64,000 nucleotides of DNA, from assembly GCA_965197525.1 (NCBI GenBank), contig OZ240211.1:896001-960000 (forward strand), given 5' to 3'. Both the position numbers and the translations under genes were made by a program. Below the pieces are notes generated by a model. The model was given only the letters and a program-made list of their open reading frames with translations. It made no database searches and was not told where the DNA came from. Positions 22,635-41,216 of the stretch are shown in pieces. The DNA comes from Nitrosopumilus sp. Its GTDB lineage: Archaea > Thermoproteota > Nitrososphaeria > Nitrososphaerales > Nitrosopumilaceae. Within the stretch, counting starts at the first letter, position 1. The number at the start of each line of letters is the position of its first letter.

Positions 22635-22748
22635 GGTGCACTCAAAGGACAAACTCCAGCAGAATCAGCTAAAATCACGGTTGGCGGAATAAATCGTTGG
22701 AAAACAATTATAGAAAACGCTTCATTGCACAAGCAAAATTCAGTCTAA
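22635..22748 (+). pseudogene. 3' tail of a second IS6-family transposase
   Basis: GALKGQTPAESAKITVGGINRWKTIIENAS matches QSLDGDTPADRAGIRVKGDNKWKTIIQNAS of the intact enzyme; fused directly to the MTase breakpoint. Confidence 0.8.
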
Positions 22749-22756
22749 TAGAATTG

Positions 22757-22828
22757 TGATGGTAGTGGGAATTGAACCCACGTCGTATGGGTCGGAATCC
22801 ATACATCATACCACTAGACCATACAACC
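22757..22828 (-). tRNA. atypical tRNA-like gene or pseudo-tRNA (anticodon ambiguous, TCC or CCG)
   Basis: Cloverleaf GGTTGTA-TG-GTCTAGTGGTATGAT-G-TATGG[ATTCCGAC]CCATA-CGAC-GTGGG[TTCAATT]CCCAC-TACCATC-A; 8-nt anticodon loop; one U.C mismatch and one G.U pair in the acceptor stem. Confidence 0.75.
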
Positions 22829-22981
22829 AAAAATAAATTGCCTCCTGCTTTCCGACGAACTGTGCCCAGTCCAACAGGAGGTATGCTTATTCTAATCGGG
22901 TAAACCGACAGAACACACACAACAAGCTTGTAACATCATAATATTATATACCATATATAAGAATATTATTAGCCTAAAGAT

Positions 22982-23007
22982 TCAGCACCCGAAGATTACA
23001 CAGAACC
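22982..23007. repeat. IS6-type TIR (right-end orientation)
   Basis: TCAGCACCCGAAGATTACACAGAACC is the perfect reverse complement of 24321-24346. Confidence 0.9.
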
Positions 23008-23049
23008 TTCGATCGCAATCATTTTATATAACTATTCTAATACTTAGTA

Positions 23050-23637
23050 ATGACTTTTAAAATAATAAAAACAATACTGTTTACATCTTTGATTACTGCA
23101 ATGATTCTTCCATTTGGAATGGATTATGCATTTGCAGATCATCCAGACACAGATGTATGGAGCACTGATAGAGAATTTGATATTCAATCATCATTGAATA
23201 ACATATCTCATGCAAGTTTTACACCAGCTACAGATTTTGAAGACGCTGCAGACGTATGGAACTCTGTGAGTAATTCGTGGTGGGACTTTACAAGAGATGA
23301 TTCAAGTAATGATGTAGAAATTGGTGCATGGTTTATGGGTTGGCATATATCCACATTAGCTGAAACCACATGGTATGACAGTGGGGGTTACATGTTATGG
23401 GCTTTTATCGATTTTAACAGTGCTAAAGATTTTAGAGATGTAAATGTATCTCAAGGATGGATGTCTTATGACTATGAAACTGTTGCCATCCATGAAATCG
23501 GACATGTTGCTGGTATCCATGATCATACAACAACATCAAGCTCACCTATGATAGCTTCAATTTCAGTCAATACTGTAGATAGAACATTGAACAGCCATGA
23601 TAAAGCAACAATTAGGGGGATGTATCAAGATGAATAA
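23050..23637 (+). CDS. secreted metzincin (matrixin-like) zinc protease
   Basis: Signal peptide; HEIGHVAGIHDH (HExxHxxGxxH) followed by an SPM Met-turn. Confidence 0.85.
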   Translation: MTFKIIKTILFTSLITAMILPFGMDYAFADHPDTDVWSTDREFDIQSSLNNISHASFTPATDFEDAADVWNSVSNSWWDFTRDDSSNDVEIGAWFMGWHISTLAETTWYDSGGYMLWAFIDFNSAKDFRDVNVSQGWMSYDYETVAIHEIGHVAGIHDHTTTSSSPMIASISVNTVDRTLNSHDKATIRGMYQDE

Positions 23638-24199
23638 AAAACTATTACTACCTCTTTTGGTACTTGTGGTAATTCCTGTTCTTGTATTTAGTCAACCAGA
23701 TGCTGATACAATAGGGAAACAATTTGCAGTTGATAACCCAGGTATATCTATTGGTGTTAGTACTTTAGAAGAGGCTTTAACAGAAGAGCAAGAGATCAAC
23801 AGAGCATCTCTTATTGTTGAAGGAACTATACTAGAAGCCAAACCATACTGGAAGATTATCCATAATGATAAACCACCTAGAATTTACACCGAATTTACTG
23901 TTAAAGTAGATGATGTCATCAAAGGTGATATAAATTCTCAAACTATCACATTTGTAGTGGGTGGTGGTGATTTAGATGGAATAATTTCTAGAACAGAGTC
24001 AGTAGATCTAACTGTGGGAGAACAAGTAATTTTATTACTTGGAAAAGACATCTATAGTATATTTGGGGACACATACAACCCAATATCTATCTCAAAATCT
24101 ATTTACAAAATTGAAGATGGTCAAGCAATAAACAAACTAGATGATAGAACAGGCAACAAAGACGACGTAAAAGAGAGAATATCTGATCTATTAAGATAG
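23630..24199 (+). CDS. secreted or anchored partner protein of the protease
   Basis: ATG 23630 overlaps the protease stop; N-terminal hydrophobic helix; ASLIVEGTILE...IYTEFTVKVDDVIKG. Confidence 0.7.
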   Translation: MNKKLLLPLLVLVVIPVLVFSQPDADTIGKQFAVDNPGISIGVSTLEEALTEEQEINRASLIVEGTILEAKPYWKIIHNDKPPRIYTEFTVKVDDVIKGDINSQTITFVVGGGDLDGIISRTESVDLTVGEQVILLLGKDIYSIFGDTYNPISISKSIYKIEDGQAINKLDDRTGNKDDVKERISDLLR

Positions 24200-24320
24200 A
24201 TACCCTTATCTTTTTTTTATGAATATTAGTTAAAGAATTATAAAATAACATCATATGTCATAAATTGTGCGAATTGACTGCTGCAGGAATTGTGGGAAGT
24301 TATTAAAAGTGTTGGAATAT

Positions 24321-24346
24321 GGTTCTGTGTAATCTTCGGGTGCTGA
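24321..24346. repeat. IS6-type TIR (left-end orientation)
   Basis: GGTTCTGTGTAATCTTCGGGTGCTGA, perfect inverted partner of 22982-23007. Confidence 0.9.
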
Positions 24347-24402
24347 GATTATGAGTTCTGTTAACTTGACGGGATCTAACTCTTTCTGGTAAGTGTCAGG
24401 AG

Positions 24403-25830
24403 CTAGGATCCAGAACGCCCCTTGCCGAACTTCATGCCCTCTGCAACTAGCACGGCATTAAGTTCAGTCATGGTAAGCTTTCCGCCCTTCCGTCTGTTGC
24501 AGTTACCACAAAGTAGTTGAAGGTTTTTGTCATCATCCTGACCACCCTTTGCTTTTGGTATGATGTGATCTACCTCCAAATCCTTGAATAGATAATGGTA
24601 TTTACAACCGTTGCAGTACCCATGTTGAATACCGTATAGCGTATGCTTGATGTCCTTGGATCGCCTGCCTTTTCTTTTTGGTATATCCGTTCTTTGTATG
24701 ACTTGTCCTGCACCAGTAATGAACTTGGCAATACCTGCATCTTTCTTGAGTCTTTGTTCAATCAGCGAATAGGCTCTTTCTGATATATCGCACCCTATCC
24801 ATTGTCTACCCAATCTCTCTGCCGCAAGACAAGCTGTTGCACATCCACAAAACGGATCAAACACGATTTCTCCTACGTTACTGCTTGTCTCAATGATGCG
24901 CTCCAGTAATGCCAGTGGTTTTTGCGTGGGATAACCAAGTCTTTCCTGACCTCGAACATTTGGAATATCAGTCCAGATGTTCTGTAGTGGTACACCTTTA
25001 GCATCTTTCAGGTATATCTTGCGACGAGGCAGTCCACCCTTCTTCTTTGGATAGTGTATCATGTCGTTCCTTTCCAACCCTAGCATAGATTCTAACGGTC
25101 GTTCCCATGTCCTTATGTGTCCCTTATACTCATACTCATATCCCCCAGCCGATAAGTTCTCGGCAGTCAATTTCTCGTGACTGTAACGTCCACGCCCGTC
25201 CTCATTCTTGAAATTCTTCTTGGTGTATTCTTCCGAGTACGGCAGATATACATCATTCCATGTGTAGTCTCTGGTCTTGGAGTAAAACAGTATCTGGTCA
25301 GAAATCTTCCCATATCTCTTGCCGTCATTGTGAGAACTGGTTCGTTTCCACGTTATGTCGTTTCGGAATGATGCTCCACCAAATATTGAATCCAGTACCA
25401 GCTTGAGATAATGACTCATTGTGGTATCGCAGTGCAGGTACAACGAACCCGTTGATTTTAGAATTCTGTGCATCTCCAAAATCCTAATTGCCATGTATAT
25501 CAGATACGACATTGTAGATTTTCCTCCTACTTTGCCAGCAGTTCCTATAATCGAATACAAGGATTCGTTGATCTCTGCAATCTCACCCCACCATGCAACA
25601 TCCACATCACTAAGTGTCCATGTGTCCTTAAACTCGACACCTGCTGCCTTTGATCCTATTGGTGCAGCATAATTGTGTTTGGAATTGAACGGAGGATCAA
25701 GATAAATCAAATCTACACCTTCATCTTCCATACCTCTCATAACAGGCAGATTATCGGCTGTGAAGATAGTTCGATTTTTAATGGTCAAAATGACCACCTT
25801 GAATAACATGATTTGATTTGATTGCTTCAA
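24403..25830 (-). CDS. amino-DNA methyltransferase (N6/N4 family) fused to a C-terminal HNH endonuclease
   Basis: IYLDPPFNS (motif IV), YPTQKP and FDPFCGCAT (motif I), beta-class order; C-terminal CNGC...DHIIPKAKGG..NLQLLCGNCNRRK HNH; true start may be TTG 25788. Confidence 0.92.
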   Translation of the reverse strand: MKQSNQIMLFKVVILTIKNRTIFTADNLPVMRGMEDEGVDLIYLDPPFNSKHNYAAPIGSKAAGVEFKDTWTLSDVDVAWWGEIAEINESLYSIIGTAGKVGGKSTMSYLIYMAIRILEMHRILKSTGSLYLHCDTTMSHYLKLVLDSIFGGASFRNDITWKRTSSHNDGKRYGKISDQILFYSKTRDYTWNDVYLPYSEEYTKKNFKNEDGRGRYSHEKLTAENLSAGGYEYEYKGHIRTWERPLESMLGLERNDMIHYPKKKGGLPRRKIYLKDAKGVPLQNIWTDIPNVRGQERLGYPTQKPLALLERIIETSSNVGEIVFDPFCGCATACLAAERLGRQWIGCDISERAYSLIEQRLKKDAGIAKFITGAGQVIQRTDIPKRKGRRSKDIKHTLYGIQHGYCNGCKYHYLFKDLEVDHIIPKAKGGQDDDKNLQLLCGNCNRRKGGKLTMTELNAVLVAEGMKFGKGRSGS

Positions 25831-25862
25831 AAATATTATTGGAAGGAAGTACCCCTATTGTG

Positions 25863-26224
25863 GGTTCTTGGTTCTTGGTTCTTGGTTCTTGGTTCTTGGT
25901 TCTTGGTTCTTGGTTCTTGGTTCTTGGTTCTTGGTTCTTGGTTCTTGGTTCTTGGTTCTTGGTTCTTGGTTCTTGGTTCTTGGTTCTTGGTTCTTGGTTC
26001 TTGGTTCTTGGTTCTTGGTTCTTGGTTCTTGGTTCTTGGTTCTTGGTTCTTGGTTCTTGGTTCTTGGTTCTTGGTTCTTGGTTCTTGGTTCTTGGTTCTT
26101 GGTTCTTGGTTCTTGGTTCTTGGTTCTTGGTTCTTGGTTCTTGGTTCTTGGTTCTTGGTTCTTGGTTCTTGGTTCTTGGTTCTTGGTTCTTGGTTCTTGG
26201 TTCTTGGTTCTTGGTTCTTGGTTC
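25863..26224. repeat. perfect heptanucleotide tandem repeat (GGTTCTT)x51 plus GGTTC
   Basis: 357 bp / 7 = 51 identical units, read directly. Confidence 0.97.
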
Positions 26225-26230
26225 ATATCA

Positions 26231-26395
26231 TCACATACTCGGTTTTAGAATCAGTTTGTTTCCAATGATTTTAGCTTCCAATTCCTGTCCTTTGTTCCAC
26301 TCCAGTTTTTTTACTTCTTCCTTTGAAAGATTGATGTACCATCTTCGATATTCCTTGTCACCTACACGTCTGTTTATCTTGTCTTGTAACTTCAT
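26231..26395 (-). CDS. AbrB/MazE-like (swapped-hairpin) DNA-binding protein
   Basis: Hand translation MKLQDKINRRVGDKEYRRWYINLSKEEVKKLEWNKGQELEAKIIGNKLILKPSM (54 aa); below the ORF-track cutoff. Confidence 0.7.
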   Translation of the reverse strand: MKLQDKINRRVGDKEYRRWYINLSKEEVKKLEWNKGQELEAKIIGNKLILKPSM

Positions 26396-26409
26396 ATCTT
26401 TTAATTATA

Positions 26410-26474
26410 TAGACCCCTAATAAACAAATCGGTTTATTTGTAGGGGTCTAAACATTTATATTATTAGGGGTCTA
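26410..26474. promoter_or_regulatory. putative operator: three TAGGGGTCTA boxes
   Basis: TAGACCCCTA (26410), TAGGGGTCTA (26441, 26465); 14-bp perfect inverted repeat 26410-26423 / 26461-26474 between the divergent AbrB-like and transposase genes. Confidence 0.6.
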
Positions 26475-26603
26475 ATACTATTGTATGAAAAGAACTGCAA
26501 TGATGAAAAAAGAATCAAAGGGTATGGGACACCCAATGATGAGATTGTTACGATCTGAGTACTCTTTTCTGTCCCACTTTATAATTTTTGAGGTGTCGTA
26601 CCT

Positions 26604-27728
26604 ATGAACGCAAGACAGGCAAGAGGTCAAACCATTGTAGAAAAACAGGGTCAGATCAGAAGAATAAACGACACACAATACGAGATCAAAAGCCAAAACA
26701 GTGATTCTCTATACGATGTGGTTGGCACTGAGTTTGGATGGTCGTGTTCATGTCCCGATCATCAGTTCCGTAAGGTTTGCTGTAAACATATCCATGCAGT
26801 CGAAATATCAATCAAGATACATCAAAAGGTGTATGATGATGTGGTAATTTCAGAAGTTACCATTGACACGTGCAAATACTGCAAATCGGCAAACATAACC
26901 AAGATGGGAGTACGTCACAACAAAAATTATGACGTTCAGATGTTTAGTTGCAAAGACTGTAACAGAAAGTTTTCAATCAATTTGGGATTTGAGAAGATGA
27001 GGGCTACACCAGACCAAATCACAATGGCTATGAACCTGTACTTTAACGGTGAATCCACAAGAAAGACTGCACAGTCGTTGTTACTCACTGGAATCAAGGT
27101 ATCAAACGTCACCATACACAACTGGATAAAGAAATACGTTGATCTTATGGATAGGTATTTGGAAAAGATTACACCTCAAGTGGGTGAATCATGGAGGACT
27201 GATGAGATGTATTTGAAGATCAAGGGTGACAAAAAATACATGTTTGCCATGTTAGATTCTGAGACTAGATTTTGGTTGGCACAGATGGTCTCAGAACACA
27301 AGGGGAATGATGATGTATCGCCAATGTTCAAACAGGCTAAATGCACTGCCAACAAAGTGCCATCAACCCTAATATCTGACGGAGCTGCAAACTTTCATCA
27401 TGCTTGGAAAGAACAATACAAGGCAAAGAATTTCTTACACAAGGACACAGAACACGTAAGGCACATACATCTTGCAGGCGATATGAACAACAACCAAATG
27501 GAATCCTTTAACGGTAATACCATGAGGTTGCGTGAGAGTGCTACAAGAGGAATCAAAAAAGATGATTCTGTCATATTCAAGGGTATGCAAATCCATCACA
27601 ACTTTGTCAGACCTCATCAAAGTTTAGATGGTGATACTCCAGCAGACAGGGCCGGTATCAGGGTTAAAGGTGACAACAAATGGAAAACCATAATTCAGAA
27701 CGCTTCAATGGTACCTACCAACCCTTAA
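26604..27728 (+). CDS. IS6-family DDE transposase with N-terminal SWIM and Zn-ribbon domains
   Basis: CSCPDH...CKHI SWIM; CKYC...CKDC; WRTDEMYLKIKG, LISDGA, NNQMESFNG catalytic segments; stop lies inside the right TIR. Confidence 0.9.
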   Translation: MNARQARGQTIVEKQGQIRRINDTQYEIKSQNSDSLYDVVGTEFGWSCSCPDHQFRKVCCKHIHAVEISIKIHQKVYDDVVISEVTIDTCKYCKSANITKMGVRHNKNYDVQMFSCKDCNRKFSINLGFEKMRATPDQITMAMNLYFNGESTRKTAQSLLLTGIKVSNVTIHNWIKKYVDLMDRYLEKITPQVGESWRTDEMYLKIKGDKKYMFAMLDSETRFWLAQMVSEHKGNDDVSPMFKQAKCTANKVPSTLISDGAANFHHAWKEQYKAKNFLHKDTEHVRHIHLAGDMNNNQMESFNGNTMRLRESATRGIKKDDSVIFKGMQIHHNFVRPHQSLDGDTPADRAGIRVKGDNKWKTIIQNASMVPTNP

Positions 27729-28007
27729 CAGCAAGAATTACCTACCGTGAACTTAACAGCCCCCATTATTTTTTACCATTATTTTGTAGACAACGATACG
27801 GTAATTGACCGGAGGTTTCTTTATCGTATTTTTGACAACTTGAAGTTTTACCAAGCACATTGTCTTGATTGGGATCAGTAACAACACTACTTGAAAGAAT
27901 TACAAAAGTCACATTCAGTATTAAAAACAACCATCATATAACAAAGAGGTCATCTAAACTAGTCTTAGACCGATAATAATATACATGATTAACGGTGAAA
28001 TCTTGAT

Positions 28008-38480
<10,473 letters not shown>

Positions 38481-38596
38481 CGAGCATCAAAACTACGACG
38501 GTGAATCAAACCAAGTACCGTATCATCTGGCAGTTTGCGGAACTTGTATCCGTGGATGGGTATGGCCTGCGATGAAAGTTAATTTTGGCTACTATA

Positions 38597-39679
38597 GAGT
38601 GGCGTCATTAAGTCTTTGCAATTGATTTTCTGAATAGATACCGTTCAATATTTTGATTGAATGTAGCGGTTCTTAGATATTTCATTGCGGCTCGTGCACG
38701 TTCGCTAACATGTTCATGGCGTTCATACATGAAAGGTTGAATTTTTAACTGGTGCCAACATTCTTCAATTGCACTAAATTCAGGACATCCTGTAGGCAAA
38801 TACATTATTCGCAGTCGAGAACTGTTTTCTTTTACAAATTTTTTAAATGTCTTTGTTTTATGTTGGGATGCTGCATCCATGACAATGGCTACCTTGTCAG
38901 ATAGTTCCAATAGTTTTTTGACAAATTTGAGAAATGTCGAACCGTTGAATTTTTTTTTCTGTAAAAAATATTGATGTGAGTCTGATATTGCACCATAAAT
39001 TATACGTCTCCGATGTCTCCAAAATATGCTCTGAATATTTTTTGACCCACCGGAGACCATGGGCCGCGCTTTGTGACATAGTCATGCATCAGTTGTTTCA
39101 TCCTGTATATACATCTCAAAACCGTCCCGTTTTACGCATGAAATCCACCGTTTCAGGGATTTTTGCCACTCTTCCATCTGTTCACTAGATGCCTTGTTTT
39201 TGTGTGCGGAATCCTGGTACCTTTGGAGTAAAGTTATGACGACGCAGTATGTCGCGTATTCCAGATTCGGTGTATTTTACTCCTGTATCTTTTTTTATTT
39301 TATGTACGAGTTGTTTTGGAAAAATACCGTTTTTAACACCTGCAAAAAATTCTGTAATCTTATGATTTACTATTTTTGTCGGGCGTCCGGATCTTGGTTT
39401 TTCATACAATCCTGCAACTCCAAATTCTTTAAATCGCATAACCCAATTTTTAATTGTGTTGTAAGATTTGTAAAACAACTGTGCGATTATTGAAATCGTT
39501 TCGCCTTCCTCTATGACATTTAACACTGCAAGCATCCGTTCTTTTGCTTTTGGGTTTAATTCCCTCTTGTAGACACACATTAATTCCACATTCTGGTTTT
39601 TCACGATGGGCAGTAAATGCTTCAAGCTATAAATGTTTCTAGTGTTTTTGAAAATTGCAAAGACTTTTTGACGTCACTC
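38597..39679 (-). mobile_element. IS630-family element, copy 2
   Basis: Same 1083-bp unit, TIRs and TA duplication. Confidence 0.95.
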
Positions 39680-39704
39680 TAGTATTAAAATTAATCAACT
39701 GTTA

Positions 39705-41067
39705 AACATTGTTTCCTAATTATCACCAACCACGCCTAACTAATCCAAAATCAGATCAGATTAGGCATAGAACAACTGAATTTGAACGTTGTATCAAACA
39801 CTTTCAATAGAAAACGGTATTGAGCAGAGAGGTGCATTATCAATCAGACTAACAATCATGACCAAAAACACATCCTCTCCAGACAAACTAGGCAAGCATG
39901 GTACTAAAAAATCTTCCAGTTCAAACGAATGCAGGCTCCAGTATGATAACCGCAAATACATAGATCGCGGCAAGTTGTTTATGCTTCAGATAAACGAGGA
40001 GCTCATGGTGCAGGGGCTTGAGAAGATGAACTGTGGAAAGGTAGGCCACCCGTTTACATTCTCAAACGCGTGCGTTGCAGCAGCTGTTCTGTTCCGAAAC
40101 GCCACCGGTATCCCATACAGACAGTTGGAGGGTGTGGCAGAGGCAATCGTCGGCAAGGAAAATGCGCCTACATACTCTGCATTTCAGAAAAGGATGACAA
40201 AACTCAACTGTACAATAGATGACAACGGTAGCGGTAACACTGCCGCTGCATGGTTTACAGACGGCAAAACGAGAACCGAGATAAGCCTGTTTGCGTTTGA
40301 TTCAACTGGGCTCAAGCCTACAAACCGCGGCGACTGGATGGCAGAAAAATGGGGAGTGAGGCGCGGATTCATAAAACTGCATGTCGGTGTAGATGCTAAA
40401 ACCAAGAAGATCTATGCAGTGGTCATAACTGACGACAAGTGTGGAGATTCCCCGCAGTTTGAAGAACTAGTGGAACAAGCTTTTGCAAACGCAGAAAAAT
40501 CACCAAACGTGGAGATGTCTGCCGATACCAAGGTTGCAGCCGATGGTGCGTATGATACACGAGATATTTACAACTACTGCAACAAAAACGAGATTAAACC
40601 ACTGATTCCGGTTCGCATTAATTTTGCTGGAAACGCAAACGGATGCATGTCTCGTAAGAAGGCTGGGTTCGAGCAGCTTGGCAGTTTTGAGCATATAGAT
40701 AAAAAGTCAGAACACAAGTTTGCAGATCTTACGCGCAAGGAAAAGAAGGAACGGCAGAATATGTGGCGCAGGGAATCAGGATACAACGACAGGTGGACAG
40801 TAGAGACTGCGTTCTCTACGTTCAAGCGGGTATTAGGGGAGTCTATAATGGCACGAAAATGGGAAAACGTCAAGACGGAGATATACGGAAAGGTGTGTTT
40901 GTACAATCAGATGATCGATACGGCAATTGAGAACGGATACGGCACGCCAAAGATAGTGTATCAGTCTAAAACCCGCCACAAAGACCGCAGTGTAGGAGGA
41001 AAGGCAATGACATAAGCAAAATCACCCAGATGGTGGTCTGTGTTGCATGTAATTAGGAAACAGAGTT
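39705..41067 (+). mobile_element. IS5-family element (IS903-like DDE), 1363 bp
   Basis: TIRs AACATTGTTTCCTAATTA and reverse complement of AACTCTGTTTCCTAATTA; 8-bp TSD AACTGTTA at 39697-39704 and 41068-41075. Confidence 0.88.
39789..41015 (+). CDS. IS5-family transposase (apparently intact)
   Basis: FDSTGLK, KLHVGVD, ADGAYDT and RWTVETAFSTFKR motifs; start may be ATG 39858. Confidence 0.9.
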   Translation: MYQTLSIENGIEQRGALSIRLTIMTKNTSSPDKLGKHGTKKSSSSNECRLQYDNRKYIDRGKLFMLQINEELMVQGLEKMNCGKVGHPFTFSNACVAAAVLFRNATGIPYRQLEGVAEAIVGKENAPTYSAFQKRMTKLNCTIDDNGSGNTAAAWFTDGKTRTEISLFAFDSTGLKPTNRGDWMAEKWGVRRGFIKLHVGVDAKTKKIYAVVITDDKCGDSPQFEELVEQAFANAEKSPNVEMSADTKVAADGAYDTRDIYNYCNKNEIKPLIPVRINFAGNANGCMSRKKAGFEQLGSFEHIDKKSEHKFADLTRKEKKERQNMWRRESGYNDRWTVETAFSTFKRVLGESIMARKWENVKTEIYGKVCLYNQMIDTAIENGYGTPKIVYQSKTRHKDRSVGGKAMT

Positions 41068-41216
41068 AACTGTTAGATTTGAATAAATTATGCATAATCT
41101 AGATTACCCATAATCTCTATTATAATGAATTGCGTGACAATAATGATGCACTATCTTATGATTATGATGTAGTGATTGGTAATTATGAAGAACTACTTGA
41201 TCAGAATAGTGTACTA

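Larger units (their letters stand above)
21093..27763. mobile_element. 6.7-kb IS6-family cargo transposon
   Basis: 49-bp TIRs (46/49) at 21093-21141 and 27715-27763; exact 8-bp TSD CATTATTT at 21085-21092 and 27764-27771; IS6 transposase at the right end. Confidence 0.92.

Noticed and set aside
22757-22828. The tRNA-like gene as an integrase attachment site
   Set aside because: No tyrosine or serine integrase nearby and no duplicated 3' half seen; the boundaries are explained by TIRs and a TSD.
25818-26420. Plus-strand ORFs (VLGSWFL)n over the heptamer array
   Set aside because: The 7-nt unit has no stop codon in any frame, so long ORFs arise automatically. Only the minus-strand ATG-led frame has operon context.
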